Assembly (NCBI GenBank): GCA_041487215.1
Contig: JBGPMX010000001.1
Coordinates: 1 to 43,523, forward strand
Reading direction: 5' to 3'
DNA length: 43,523 bases
Source of the DNA: Planctomycetia bacterium
GTDB taxonomy: Bacteria > Planctomycetota > Planctomycetia > JALXBF01 > JBGPMX01
Shown: piece by piece, positions 1 through 7,051 of the stretch
Layout of the letters: every line of letters begins with the position of its first letter
Numbering within the stretch: position 1 is the stretch's first letter
Translations under genes and position numbers: made by a program
Notes under the pieces: model-generated
What the model was told of the DNA's origin: nothing
Database searches by the model: none
The model's input: only the letters and a program-made list of their open reading frames with translations

Positions 1-902
1 CCGGACGCGTTCGCGAGTCGTGGGTGCGGCGCGCCGACCAAGCGCCGGGCGCCGCGGCGCGGGGCCGCCGCACGCGGGTCTTCGGGCCAGGCGTGCTTTG
101 GGTAGCGTCGCCTCAGCTCGTTGCGCACCCGCGGGTAGGTGCGGTCCCAGAAGCCGCCCAGGTCGTCGGTCACCTGCTGCGGCCGCATATTCGGGGCGAG
201 CAGGTGGAGCAGGACCGCCACGCGGCCGGACGCGATGCGCGGCGTGTCGGCAAGCCCGAACAGCTCCTGGATCCGCACCGCCAGTACCGGCGGCCTGCCC
301 GCCTCGTAGCGCAGCGCGACCCGGCTGCCGCTCGGCACCTCGATCCGCTCGGGCGCCTCGCGTTCCAGCGCCCGCGCCTGCGCCGGCGTGAGGTTCCCTT
401 TCAGGAACTCGATCCAGGGGGCGCTGCGGAGTTCGGCGAAGGAGCGGCGTCCCCGCGCGAGCTGCGGCAGGATCGCGCGGAGCGTCTCCTGCTCGATCGC
501 CGGCACGCCCAGCTCGGGGAACCACTGGCGCAGACAGATCAGCCGGGCCCAAAACTGCGCGAAGCGGTCGTCGTCCCGCGGCAGTACGCGGTCGAGCTGC
601 TTGGCGGCGTGTGCGGCGAGCGCGCTTGCGATCGCTTCGGAGTCCCCCGCGTCGGTCACCGCTTCCTCGATGGGGAGATCGTCGTACCGCGTGCGTCGCA
701 GCGCGATGACACGCTCCCGTTCCGCATCGAACTCGATGTCGATGCTCACGCGCAGCCGATCGGCGGGGAGCCAGGCGGCGTCCACGGCGGAGGCCTGCCG
801 CACCAGCGCCTCCGGCTTGCCAATCTCCTCGATGTCCACGCAGACAAACAGCTCCGGGTCGCTGACGGCGCTGGCGTCACCGAGCCGTATGACGGCGTGC
901 AC
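1..902 (-). pseudogene. hrpB: ATP-dependent helicase HrpB, C-terminal ~300 codons only. The N-terminal helicase core is absent and the 3-prime end runs off the window.
   Basis: Minus-strand translation from 902 leftward reads VHAVIRLGDASAVSDPELFVCVDIEE...RIQELFGLADTPRIASGRVAVLLHLLAPNMRPQQVTDDLGGFWDRTYPRVRNELRRRYPKHAWPEDP. This is the conserved HrpB C-terminal domain signature (E. coli HrpB has ...MQEMFG...LLSPAQRPLQITRDL..FW...YPKHVWPDDP). It is absent from the ORF track because no stop lies inside the window. Homology stops 3 nt from the prophage terminal repeat at 905. Confidence 0.8.
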
Positions 903-904
903 GA

Positions 905-1040
905 GAAATGAGAATAGGCGGGAGGTCGTGGGAAGTCGTGGGAAAGACGCTCCGGCAACGACTTCCGGCATACGCATCAGGTAGGCTGTATATGAGAATC
1001 GGGTCCGACTTCCAGCCCCGCGCGCAGATGAAATGAGAAT
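905..1040 (+). repeat. attL-like left end with three putative transposase-binding sites
   Basis: GAAATGAGAAT occurs at 905-915 and 1030-1040, with a partial copy ATGAGAAT at 992-999. All are in the same orientation and inverted relative to the right-end copies. A short tandem GTCGTGGGAA x2 at 924-943 lies between them. Confidence 0.75.
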
Positions 1041-1133
1041 CTCCCGCCACCACGGACGCCGCGCCAATGAGCGTTTAACGCCGCGTTGAACGTGGTTTAC
1101 GGCCGCTCCCGCCCTCTCCAGCGACGCGATCCC

Positions 1134-1161
1134 TGTCCGACTAGCACCCGAAAGTCGGACA
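1134..1161. repeat. Inverted repeat TGTCCGACT-N10-AGTCGGACA in the left-end non-coding region
   Basis: 9-bp perfect arms at 1134-1142 and 1153-1161. Related GTCGGAC/GTCCGAC words recur near 1005-1011 and 1272-1278. Function unknown. Confidence 0.5.
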
Positions 1162-1279
1162 CCTGCGCGCTGCCACGCCAGTCGCGTGTCCGGATTTGAC
1201 GTAAGTCCCAACCCCGGCAACTCGGTAGGTCGATCCCGCCAGCCGATCCCGGCCGCGAGTCGCCATCGGAAGTCGGACA

Positions 1280-1428
1280 GTCATGGCGCGCAGTAGACCG
1301 GGGGGTCATGGCGCGCACTGGAGGGCTGGGTCATGGCGCGCAGTTTTCCAGTCGCTCGGGACGCCGTGGATGGCCCGGATTGGGGCGGGTCACGGCGCGC
1401 AGTTCGGAGGGCGATCACGGCGCGCAGT
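1280..1428 (+). repeat. Array of five direct 15-bp repeats, consensus GTCAYGGCGCGCAGT (putative regulator-binding sites)
   Basis: Copies at 1280-1294, 1305-1319, 1330-1344, 1389-1403 and 1414-1428. Start-to-start spacing is 25, 25, 59 and 25 bp. They lie in a 637-bp stretch (905-1541) with no credible coding potential. Confidence 0.8.
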
Positions 1429-1483
1429 TTCAGGCGTCGGAGCTAGGCGGGAATTCGCGGGAATTGTGCTGTGCGGAAATTCT

Positions 1484-1513
1484 CCGCGCGCGGCAGGCCC
1501 CTGCCGCGCGCGG
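1484..1513 (-). terminator. GC-rich palindromic hairpin downstream of the leftward immunity operon
   Basis: CCGCGCGCGGCAGG-CC-CCTGCCGCGCGCGG has 14-nt perfect arms. It lies 28 nt past the stop (1542) of the minus-strand 2-TM gene. The U-tract on the minus strand is weak (AATTT), so terminator function is tentative. Confidence 0.4.
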
Positions 1514-1541
1514 GACACGGAAGGGGAACTGGTACCTTAAA

Positions 1542-1889
1542 TCAAGATCTGCGTCCGGAAGCGGACCCGGTTTCCTGGGCCGAGCGGAGGAATACTTCCA
1601 CGGCGGTCTGAGAAGAGGCGATCGGCTGAACCGGAGCGGGAGCGACTGTATCGCGGCTGGACGTGTGCAGCGGATTTTCCGCTCCCTTTTGATTGGTCGG
1701 CAGACAGGCTTCCACGATCAGGCCGAAGGGACCGAAGAGAACAGCCATCACTGATCCCTCCATCCAGTCGCGGTTTTTTTGGATCGCCACGTAGGCTCCC
1801 GCGCCGCCCAAAGCTCCGGCGTAGGCGAAGCTGCAAACGACGATCAACGAGAAGTCCATCTCGGCTCTCTCTCTATCCACCACTTTCAC
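1542..1889 (-). CDS. Small membrane protein with two predicted TM helices, co-transcribed with the repressor (superinfection-exclusion candidate)
   Basis: Track ORF 1542..1889. Hydrophobic segments are FSLIVVCSFAYAGALGGAGAYVAI and GSVMAVLFGPFGLIVEACL. The GTG start overlaps the stop of the upstream RHH gene (GTGA). An alternative ATG start is at 1859. Confidence 0.55.
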   Translation of the reverse strand: MKVVDRERAEMDFSLIVVCSFAYAGALGGAGAYVAIQKNRDWMEGSVMAVLFGPFGLIVEACLPTNQKGAENPLHTSSRDTVAPAPVQPIASSQTAVEVFLRSAQETGSASGRRS

Positions 1890-2188
1890 TGTCGTCCGCG
1901 CACGGACTGCCGCTCGTGTTGGCAGCGTTCCTTCGCCTTCGCGGTAACCTCACGCCAAATGGCCGGGTCGCTTGCCATACGCAGAAATTTGGGGGTCACC
2001 CCACTGCCGAGGCTTTCGTAGAATTGAACGATCGCTGCTTTCACGAGCTCGGTCACATCCGCCTGGAGTTCCACGGCGAAGGTTTCAATCGCTCGCTTTT
2101 CTTCGGGCGTCACGCGAAAGCCGACCTGATCGGTCTTACTCGCGGTCATCTTTCGCGCCACGGACCACTCCACGATGGGGCTGCGCAC
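1886..2188 (-). CDS. Ribbon-helix-helix (CopG/Arc-like) DNA-binding protein, putative prophage repressor
   Basis: The C-terminal part of track ORF 1886..2437 reads ...KTDQVGFRVTPEEKRAIETFAVELQADVTELVKAAIVQFY, a beta-strand plus two helices typical of RHH. The GTG at 2188 lies 6 nt after a strong AAGGAGG (reverse complement of 2195-2201). It is transcribed leftward and divergent from the transposase, the position of Mu c. Confidence 0.6.
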   Translation of the reverse strand: MRSPIVEWSVARKMTASKTDQVGFRVTPEEKRAIETFAVELQADVTELVKAAIVQFYESLGSGVTPKFLRMASDPAIWREVTAKAKERCQHERQSVRGRQ

Positions 2189-2248
2189 GAAGGCCCTCCT
2201 TAACCCAGCGCACGCCTTCCTGTAGCAATCCCCTCCGTGATGCCGCGC

Positions 2249-2277
2249 ATTCTCAGGTGTCGGACCCAAAAAATCAA
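2249..2277 (-). promoter_or_regulatory. Predicted leftward promoter for the repressor operon (TTGATT-N17-GAGAAT)
   Basis: On the minus strand the -35 TTGATT is at 2277-2272 and the -10 GAGAAT at 2254-2249, with a 17-nt spacer. It is about 45 nt upstream of the repressor SD. This is a sigma70-type consensus reading only. Confidence 0.3.
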
Positions 2278-2286
2278 ACGCGCGGC

Positions 2287-2347
2287 TTGCGGTGTATAGA
2301 CCGCGTTTGTATAGTGCCACACCGTTGCTACGACAGCGTTGCAACGG
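2287..2347 (+). promoter_or_regulatory. Predicted rightward early promoter (TTGCGG-N17-TATAGT) with operator-like repeats
   Basis: -35 at 2287-2292, -10 at 2310-2315, 17-nt spacer. Direct repeat TGTATAG at 2293-2299 and 2308-2314. Inverted repeat CGGTGT/ACACCG at 2290-2295 and 2319-2324. Palindrome CGTTGCAACG at 2337-2346, just before the transposase ATG. Confidence 0.35.
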
Positions 2348-2348
2348 G

Positions 2349-4490
2349 ATGAAGAGGAGAGGCGAGTCGCTCGGGCGCTGGGACGTGTCCGTGCGTTGTT
2401 TGGAGGCACTGGTGACTTCTTCATCGAATTGGCTCACCGCCGAGCAGATCGCCGCGGCGTCGAACCCGCCCGTGACCGTGCGGTCGGTGCATCGCCGGGC
2501 AGCACGCGAGGGCTGGCGCTCGTGTCACTCGGAGGTACGCGGCGGCCGGCAGACCCTCTACCACATCTCTTCAGTTGGTCACCAGTGCGCTCCGTGCGAC
2601 GTGGGAAAGGACACCCCGGGCGAATCTCAGCACACGCAGAGTGAGCAGGTCCCCAGCGTCGCACGGAGTGATTTTTCCCTCGCCGATGTTCCCGACGCCG
2701 CTCGCCGTGATACCGCGCGCCGCCTGGCGGCGCTCGAGGCATGGGATCGCTACGTCGCCCAAGCGGCCGGCGGTCGCCTGGCCGATCTGACTGACGACTT
2801 CTGCCGCATCTGGAACAGCACGCGCGAGCAGCACGGCGGCATCGGGGTTTCAAGAGCACGGCTGTTTGCCTGGCGCGCGGCATACCGCGCGAAGGGGATG
2901 GCCGGCCTGGTCGACGGCCGCAAGGTGGCCGGCGTCGCCGCGATCCGGATCAAGCAGGTCCCGGACGAGCTCTGGCGACCATTCCTGCGCTACTGGTTGA
3001 CACCACAACAGCGCACGGTGCAGCTCGCCTGGGAGTGTGCGATCGGCGAGGCGCCGGCGGAATTTCGGAGCGGCTGGGCCCAGAACTACGGCCCAGGGCT
3101 CTTCCGCCGTCGCGTGCGGGAACTGCCCGCTTCGCACGTCATCCTCGCGCGGGAGGGGCAGAAGGCATGGTCGGACAAGTGCGAGCAACCGATCTTCCGC
3201 GACTATTCGTCGCTCCTGTCGAATCAGCTCTGGGTGAGCGACCATCACCAGCTCGATATGTGGGTCTGGGACGCGCGATCGCAGAAACCGTACCGCCCGT
3301 GGCTCACAGTCTGGTCTGACGTGCGCAGCCGCAAGGTGCTCTCGTGGGCGCTCGAGAACGCGTCACCGAACCAGGACCGGGTGCTCTGCACCTGGTCTGA
3401 CGCCGTTACGGAACACGGGCTCCCCGATGCCGTTCTGATCGACAACGGGAAGGACTATCGCGCGCGGGCGTTCGCGGGCGGGCGCACGCAGACGAAGCTG
3501 CGCGTCGATGAGGAGCAGGTGACCTCGGTGCTCGGAGAGCTCGAGGTCGCCGTGCATTTTGCGATCCCCTACAACGCGCGATCGAAGCCGGTTGAGCGGT
3601 GGTTCGGCTTCCTGGAGAGCCGGTTCAGCCCGCTGTGGGGTACCTACTGTGCCAACAACCCGCAGAAGCGTTCGGATCTCTGTAAAGAGATCCTGACCGA
3701 GCGTCCTCATGAGGCTCCGCCGCTCGACCAGGTTGCCGAGGCGATCGGCGGATTCGTCAACTGGTTCAATTTCAGCTGGCGCCATTCCGGGGACGGCATG
3801 GGTGGGCGCACGCCGGATGACGTTTACGCCGCCCACCATCACACCCATCGGCTCCGGCCGAGCGCCGACCAGCTCCGGCTCTGCCTGCTGCCGAGCGAGT
3901 GGTTGACCTGCCGCAAGGGATGCGTGCGGCTGACCGTGGCGGGCGTCGGCCGCTGGTACACGGACGAGGCCGGTGAGCTGGCGATGATGCCGGCTGAAAC
4001 GCGACTGAGAGCCCGCTACAACCCACGTGATCTCTCGCGGGTGTACCTGTTCGACGAGGCGGGCCGGCACATCTGCGATGTCATCGAGCAGCGGCGGATG
4101 CCGTGGAGCCACACGGGCGACGACCTGAGAGAGGCGAAGGCGTACCAGGCGAGGCGGAAGCGCCAGGCGAAGGAGGGGCTTGCCGCCCTGGTCGATCTCC
4201 AGGAGCAACCCGACGCACTCCAGGCGATCAAGCAACAGCAGGATGGCTACGCGGCGGCGCACGGCGAGCTGATCGCTACGGGCACAGACGGTGCCAAGCG
4301 AGCCGCCGATCGGCCGAGACCGGTCATCCGGGCGGCTCGGTCGTTGCGGATCGTGCGCGATGTTCCGCCCCCCGTCGAGCCGGCCGCCCCGGCCGAACCG
4401 CGTACCAGTTGGATGGACGGGATTCCAGACGAACCCACGGTGCCGCCCGCAGACGAGCAGGACGGCAGCTGGATGGACGCGATTGAGTGA
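2349..4490 (+). CDS. Mu A-like DDE transposase (rve/RNase H-fold core)
   Basis: Track ORF 2292..4490, with the likely ATG at 2349 (MKRRGESLG...). The core reads LWVSDHHQLDMWVWD...YRPWLTVWSDVRSRKVLSWAL...GLPDAVLIDNGKDYRARAF...HFAIPYNARSKPVERWFGFLESRF, giving the D, D, E spacing and PW..D.RSR / DNG motifs of the Mu/Tn552/TnsB family. An N-terminal HTH-like region is present. Confidence 0.9.
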   Translation: MKRRGESLGRWDVSVRCLEALVTSSSNWLTAEQIAAASNPPVTVRSVHRRAAREGWRSCHSEVRGGRQTLYHISSVGHQCAPCDVGKDTPGESQHTQSEQVPSVARSDFSLADVPDAARRDTARRLAALEAWDRYVAQAAGGRLADLTDDFCRIWNSTREQHGGIGVSRARLFAWRAAYRAKGMAGLVDGRKVAGVAAIRIKQVPDELWRPFLRYWLTPQQRTVQLAWECAIGEAPAEFRSGWAQNYGPGLFRRRVRELPASHVILAREGQKAWSDKCEQPIFRDYSSLLSNQLWVSDHHQLDMWVWDARSQKPYRPWLTVWSDVRSRKVLSWALENASPNQDRVLCTWSDAVTEHGLPDAVLIDNGKDYRARAFAGGRTQTKLRVDEEQVTSVLGELEVAVHFAIPYNARSKPVERWFGFLESRFSPLWGTYCANNPQKRSDLCKEILTERPHEAPPLDQVAEAIGGFVNWFNFSWRHSGDGMGGRTPDDVYAAHHHTHRLRPSADQLRLCLLPSEWLTCRKGCVRLTVAGVGRWYTDEAGELAMMPAETRLRARYNPRDLSRVYLFDEAGRHICDVIEQRRMPWSHTGDDLREAKAYQARRKRQAKEGLAALVDLQEQPDALQAIKQQQDGYAAAHGELIATGTDGAKRAADRPRPVIRAARSLRIVRDVPPPVEPAAPAEPRTSWMDGIPDEPTVPPADEQDGSWMDAIE

Positions 4491-4497
4491 AAAACCA

Positions 4498-4821
4498 ATG
4501 ACCGACGAAACCAAATTCGACGCGTGGTGCATTGTCGAAGTGATGGGACACAGCCGGTTTGCTGGCCGCACGACGGAACAGCAGATCGGCGGCGCGTCAT
4601 TCGTTCGCGTCGACGTTCCCGAATCGGCCGGCCGCGCGGCGTTCACAAAATTGTTTGCTCCGGGTGCGATCTTCTCGATCACCCCCGTGAGCGAGGATCT
4701 GGCACGCGAGGCGTGCGAGTCGTTCACGTCGCGTCCGTTCGCAACGTATATTCTGCCGCTCTATCCGCCGGGCGATCGCGGCGAAGGCGATTACAGCGAG
4801 GACGATGACGATTTAGCCTGA
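4498..4821 (+). CDS. Conserved-looking small phage protein of unknown function, with an acidic C-terminus
   Basis: ATG at 4498 inside track ORF 4291..4821: MTDETKFDAWCIVEVMGHSRFAGRTTEQQIGGASFVRVDVPE...EDDDDLA. It sits between the transposase and the MuB-like gene. Function unknown. Confidence 0.55.
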   Translation: MTDETKFDAWCIVEVMGHSRFAGRTTEQQIGGASFVRVDVPESAGRAAFTKLFAPGAIFSITPVSEDLAREACESFTSRPFATYILPLYPPGDRGEGDYSEDDDDLA

Positions 4822-4832
4822 CGCCCCCTCAT

Positions 4833-4898
4833 GCGCGGCGGCTAGGGCGACGGCCCGAACCGCTGGAAAATCTCGCCAGCTTGCCGCCGCGTTTTTTT
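4833..4898 (+). terminator. Compound stem-loop followed by T7 (possible attenuator or terminator)
   Basis: GCGCGGCGG (4833-4841) can pair with CCGCCGCG (4884-4891). Small hairpins lie inside this stem (GCTGG 4862-4866 / CCAGC 4876-4880). TTTTTTT follows at 4892-4898. The outer stem closes a loop of about 40 nt, so this call is weak. Confidence 0.3.
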
Positions 4899-4921
4899 CG
4901 AGAGAGCCAGGGAGATCTGGC

Positions 4922-5992
4922 GTGACAACTTTGCCTCCGCATCTCGGACACCTCCCACGAGGGGAGTTCTACAGGACGCTCGCAATGGATGCGTTTGTCA
5001 AGGAAGTGCAGCGGTTCATCACGGAGGAGACGAAGCTCGGGCAAACCGGGCTTGCCAAGATCTGCGACTACAGCGTCGGCGTGATCTCCGCTTTTCTCGC
5101 GCAGAAGTACACCGGTGACGTGGAACGCGTGAGGACGCGGATGGGCGCCGCGATGGACCTGTACCGCACCCGTGCAGCGAGTCAGCTGCCCGAGCAATAC
5201 GTCCGCACGAGCCAAGGGCTCGTGATCGAAAAGACCATCACCTACGCGTTGCGGCACAAACAATCGGCAGCCGTGCTCGCCGAGAGCGGGTGTGGCAAGA
5301 GCATGACGGCTCGGCACGTGGCGGCGGCAGAGTGGGGTGTCGTGTACGTGGCGTGTGATACGAACGACTTCCGGCAGGCCGCGTTCCTGGACCGTTTGGC
5401 CGACGCGCTTGGGGAGCACAACGGGCGGCCGCAAGGCTCGTGGCGGCTCCAGCGACGGCTGCAAGCGAAGCTGAAGGACACGGAATGGGTGATCGTGGTG
5501 GACGATGCCCACTACCTGCTCAACCCGTCGAATCCGGGGCGGTCCATTTCCCTCGACGTGGTCAAGGACTTGCAGGCGAACGCCGGGACGCCGTTCGTTT
5601 TGTTGGGGGTGCCCGAGCTCTGGCAGACGATTGCGCATCGGGTACGCGGCGACTGGTATGCGCAGCTCAAGCGACGGCTGGGGACGGTGCAGCACATACG
5701 GGCATCGCAGATCCACGCGGATGACGTTGAGCAGGTAGTGCGGTCGCTGGCTGCCTCGTGCGGGGCGGCGGTGCTTCGCACGCTGACCGAGCTGGCGAGG
5801 AGCCCCGGCGGCTACGGCAACGTCGAAAAATGTGTGCGTTGGGCGACGAAGGAAGGCGGCAAGCAGGTCAGTGTGCAGGCCACGAAGCAATACCTGGAAG
5901 CGACGAGCAACGCGATCGTGAAGGTCAACACGCAGGAGGAGCCGCCACCGGACGGCAGCTCGCGCACGGAGCGAGCGACGGCGGTGGCGTAA
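4922..5992 (+). CDS. MuB-like AAA+ transposition ATPase
   Basis: Walker A is LAESGCGKSMTA and Walker B is WVIVVDDAHYL. An N-terminal HTH-like segment reads GQTGLAKICDYSVGVISAFLAQKY. It lies downstream of the transposase as in Mu. The GTG start at 4922 is preceded by AGGGAG. Confidence 0.85.
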   Translation: MTTLPPHLGHLPRGEFYRTLAMDAFVKEVQRFITEETKLGQTGLAKICDYSVGVISAFLAQKYTGDVERVRTRMGAAMDLYRTRAASQLPEQYVRTSQGLVIEKTITYALRHKQSAAVLAESGCGKSMTARHVAAAEWGVVYVACDTNDFRQAAFLDRLADALGEHNGRPQGSWRLQRRLQAKLKDTEWVIVVDDAHYLLNPSNPGRSISLDVVKDLQANAGTPFVLLGVPELWQTIAHRVRGDWYAQLKRRLGTVQHIRASQIHADDVEQVVRSLAASCGAAVLRTLTELARSPGGYGNVEKCVRWATKEGGKQVSVQATKQYLEATSNAIVKVNTQEEPPPDGSSRTERATAVA

Positions 5993-6008
5993 CCAATGCG
6001 AGGAAGCC

Positions 6009-6281
6009 ATGGCCGATGCACACACACACACACACAAACGGCCCCCCGCTAGCCGCAACGAAATCGACGCGCTCGACTGGCAGGAGTGGGAGCGGGTCCG
6101 CCAGTACGCCGCGCAGCACAGCGACAAGTGGCTGGGCCAAGCCGAGGGAGCTGTAGCTCGCGAGCTCGGGCGGCTGTTTGGCCGTTACATGGTGTTCACG
6201 CCGGAGCTGCTGGCCGAGTCGCTCCGGATCAGCGGCTTCCGAGTAAACCTCTTCGGAGTCATCCAGAGGATCAGCCCATGA
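6009..6281 (+). CDS. Hypothetical 90-aa protein, first ORF of the nuclease cassette
   Basis: Track ORF. Its stop overlaps the nuclease start (ATGA at 6278-6281). Codons 4-9 are encoded by a (CA)9 dinucleotide run. Confidence 0.5.
   Translation: MADAHTHTHKRPPASRNEIDALDWQEWERVRQYAAQHSDKWLGQAEGAVARELGRLFGRYMVFTPELLAESLRISGFRVNLFGVIQRISP
6019..6036 (+). repeat. (CA)9 dinucleotide microsatellite inside the 5-prime end of ORF 6009..6281
   Basis: cacacacacacacacaca is read directly at 6019-6036 and encodes HTHTH. Confidence 0.95.
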
Positions 6282-7051
6282 AGCGATGGGGGACCCAAGG
6301 GGCCGTCCTGGCCGTCGCGTTTGCTTGCGGCTGGACCGCTTCGGCGGCTTACGCCCGGCGCGGCGAGTCCGAGCACCTGGTGCTTGGCAAGCCAGCGCGG
6401 CATGAGGTCCTGCTCGAGCGTGAGGGCTACGTCTGCCTCTATGACGAGCTGCGGCGCAATCCGGTGTGGGAGGTTTATCACCTGTTACCCGCGTACCTGG
6501 GCGGAGCGGGAATCGAGCGCCCGTCGTTCCTGGTCGATCGCGACCTGCCGGCCGGATCGCGGGCCTCGAACGCCGACTACAACGGATCGGCCTTTGACAA
6601 GGGGCACATGGTGCCTTGGGCCGACCAGCGGCGGAGCGATGGGACGCGGCGGGAGGCGATGCTGCTGTCGAACGTCGTGCCCCAGGACCGGGTGCTCAAT
6701 CGCGGCCTGTGGGGCCGGCTGGAAGATCGGGTGCGGACATGGGCGGGGGAGAGCGACGAGGCGTACGTGTTCGTCGGGCCGATCCCGTCGCCCGACGCCG
6801 GCGCGATCGGCGAGCGCCGCGTCACGGTGCCGAAGGCAATGTTTAAGGTGGTCGCGGTCCGCCGCGCAGAGCGGTGGCACACGATTGCCTTCGTCGTGCC
6901 GAACGCCGAACCGTCGATGGAAGAGCCGGAGATGGTTCGGTCAATCGCGGAAGTGGAACGGCTTACCGGGTTCAGCTTCCTGGATTTGATGCCGGGCAAG
7001 CGCGAGCTCGAATCACGCACGCCGGCCGACCTGGAGGAATGGCTCGAATGA
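6278..7051 (+). CDS. Secreted DNA/RNA non-specific endonuclease (EndoG/NucA, Endonuclease_NS family)
   Basis: ATG at 6278 inside track ORF 6086..7051. The signal peptide is MKRWGTQGAVLAVAFACGWTASAAYA. The active-site region is FDKGHMVPWADQ...LSNVVPQDRVLNRGLWGRLE (the DRGH-type motif appears here as DKGH, and the N of the beta-beta-alpha metal finger is present). Confidence 0.85.
   Translation: MKRWGTQGAVLAVAFACGWTASAAYARRGESEHLVLGKPARHEVLLEREGYVCLYDELRRNPVWEVYHLLPAYLGGAGIERPSFLVDRDLPAGSRASNADYNGSAFDKGHMVPWADQRRSDGTRREAMLLSNVVPQDRVLNRGLWGRLEDRVRTWAGESDEAYVFVGPIPSPDAGAIGERRVTVPKAMFKVVAVRRAERWHTIAFVVPNAEPSMEEPEMVRSIAEVERLTGFSFLDLMPGKRELESRTPADLEEWLE

Noticed and set aside
20-984. Plus-strand ORFs 20..391, 24..911 and 388..984 at the left edge
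   Set aside because: They are antisense to or out of frame with the clearly recognisable hrpB C-terminal domain on the minus strand. Their translations are Arg/Pro-rich noise.
1280-1428. Possible CRISPR array (regularly spaced direct repeats)
   Set aside because: The repeats are only 15 bp long with 10-bp spacers (one of 44 bp), far shorter than CRISPR repeats and spacers. There are no cas genes and no leader. The motif also occurs as an inverted pair elsewhere, which is typical of protein-binding sites.
1097-1836. ORFs 1097..1318(-), 1283..1540(+), 1308..1754(+) and 1537..1836(-) in the left-end region
   Set aside because: The translations are dominated by the nucleotide repeats (repeated HGAQF/GHGA strings) or overlap the 2-TM gene out of frame. 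The region is better explained as non-coding att/regulatory DNA.
2249-2255. ATTCTCA, the 7-bp core of the terminal repeat, inside the switch region as a possible transposase/enhancer site
   Set aside because: Only 7 bp match, and it doubles as the predicted -10 of the leftward promoter. This is too short to separate from chance without binding data.
3363-4727. 454-aa minus-strand ORF antisense to the transposase. Similar long minus-strand ORFs occur at 4829..6127, 14382..15647, 17407..18693, 23460..24443, 25580..26503, 27841..28713, 29793..31130, 32636..33658, 32931..34061 and 37634..38560.
   Set aside because: All lie opposite + strand genes with recognisable protein families or a coherent operon structure. 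Their translations are Arg/Pro/Gly/Ala-rich low-complexity strings with no motifs. Long antisense ORFs are expected in ~70% G+C DNA because stop codons are rare.
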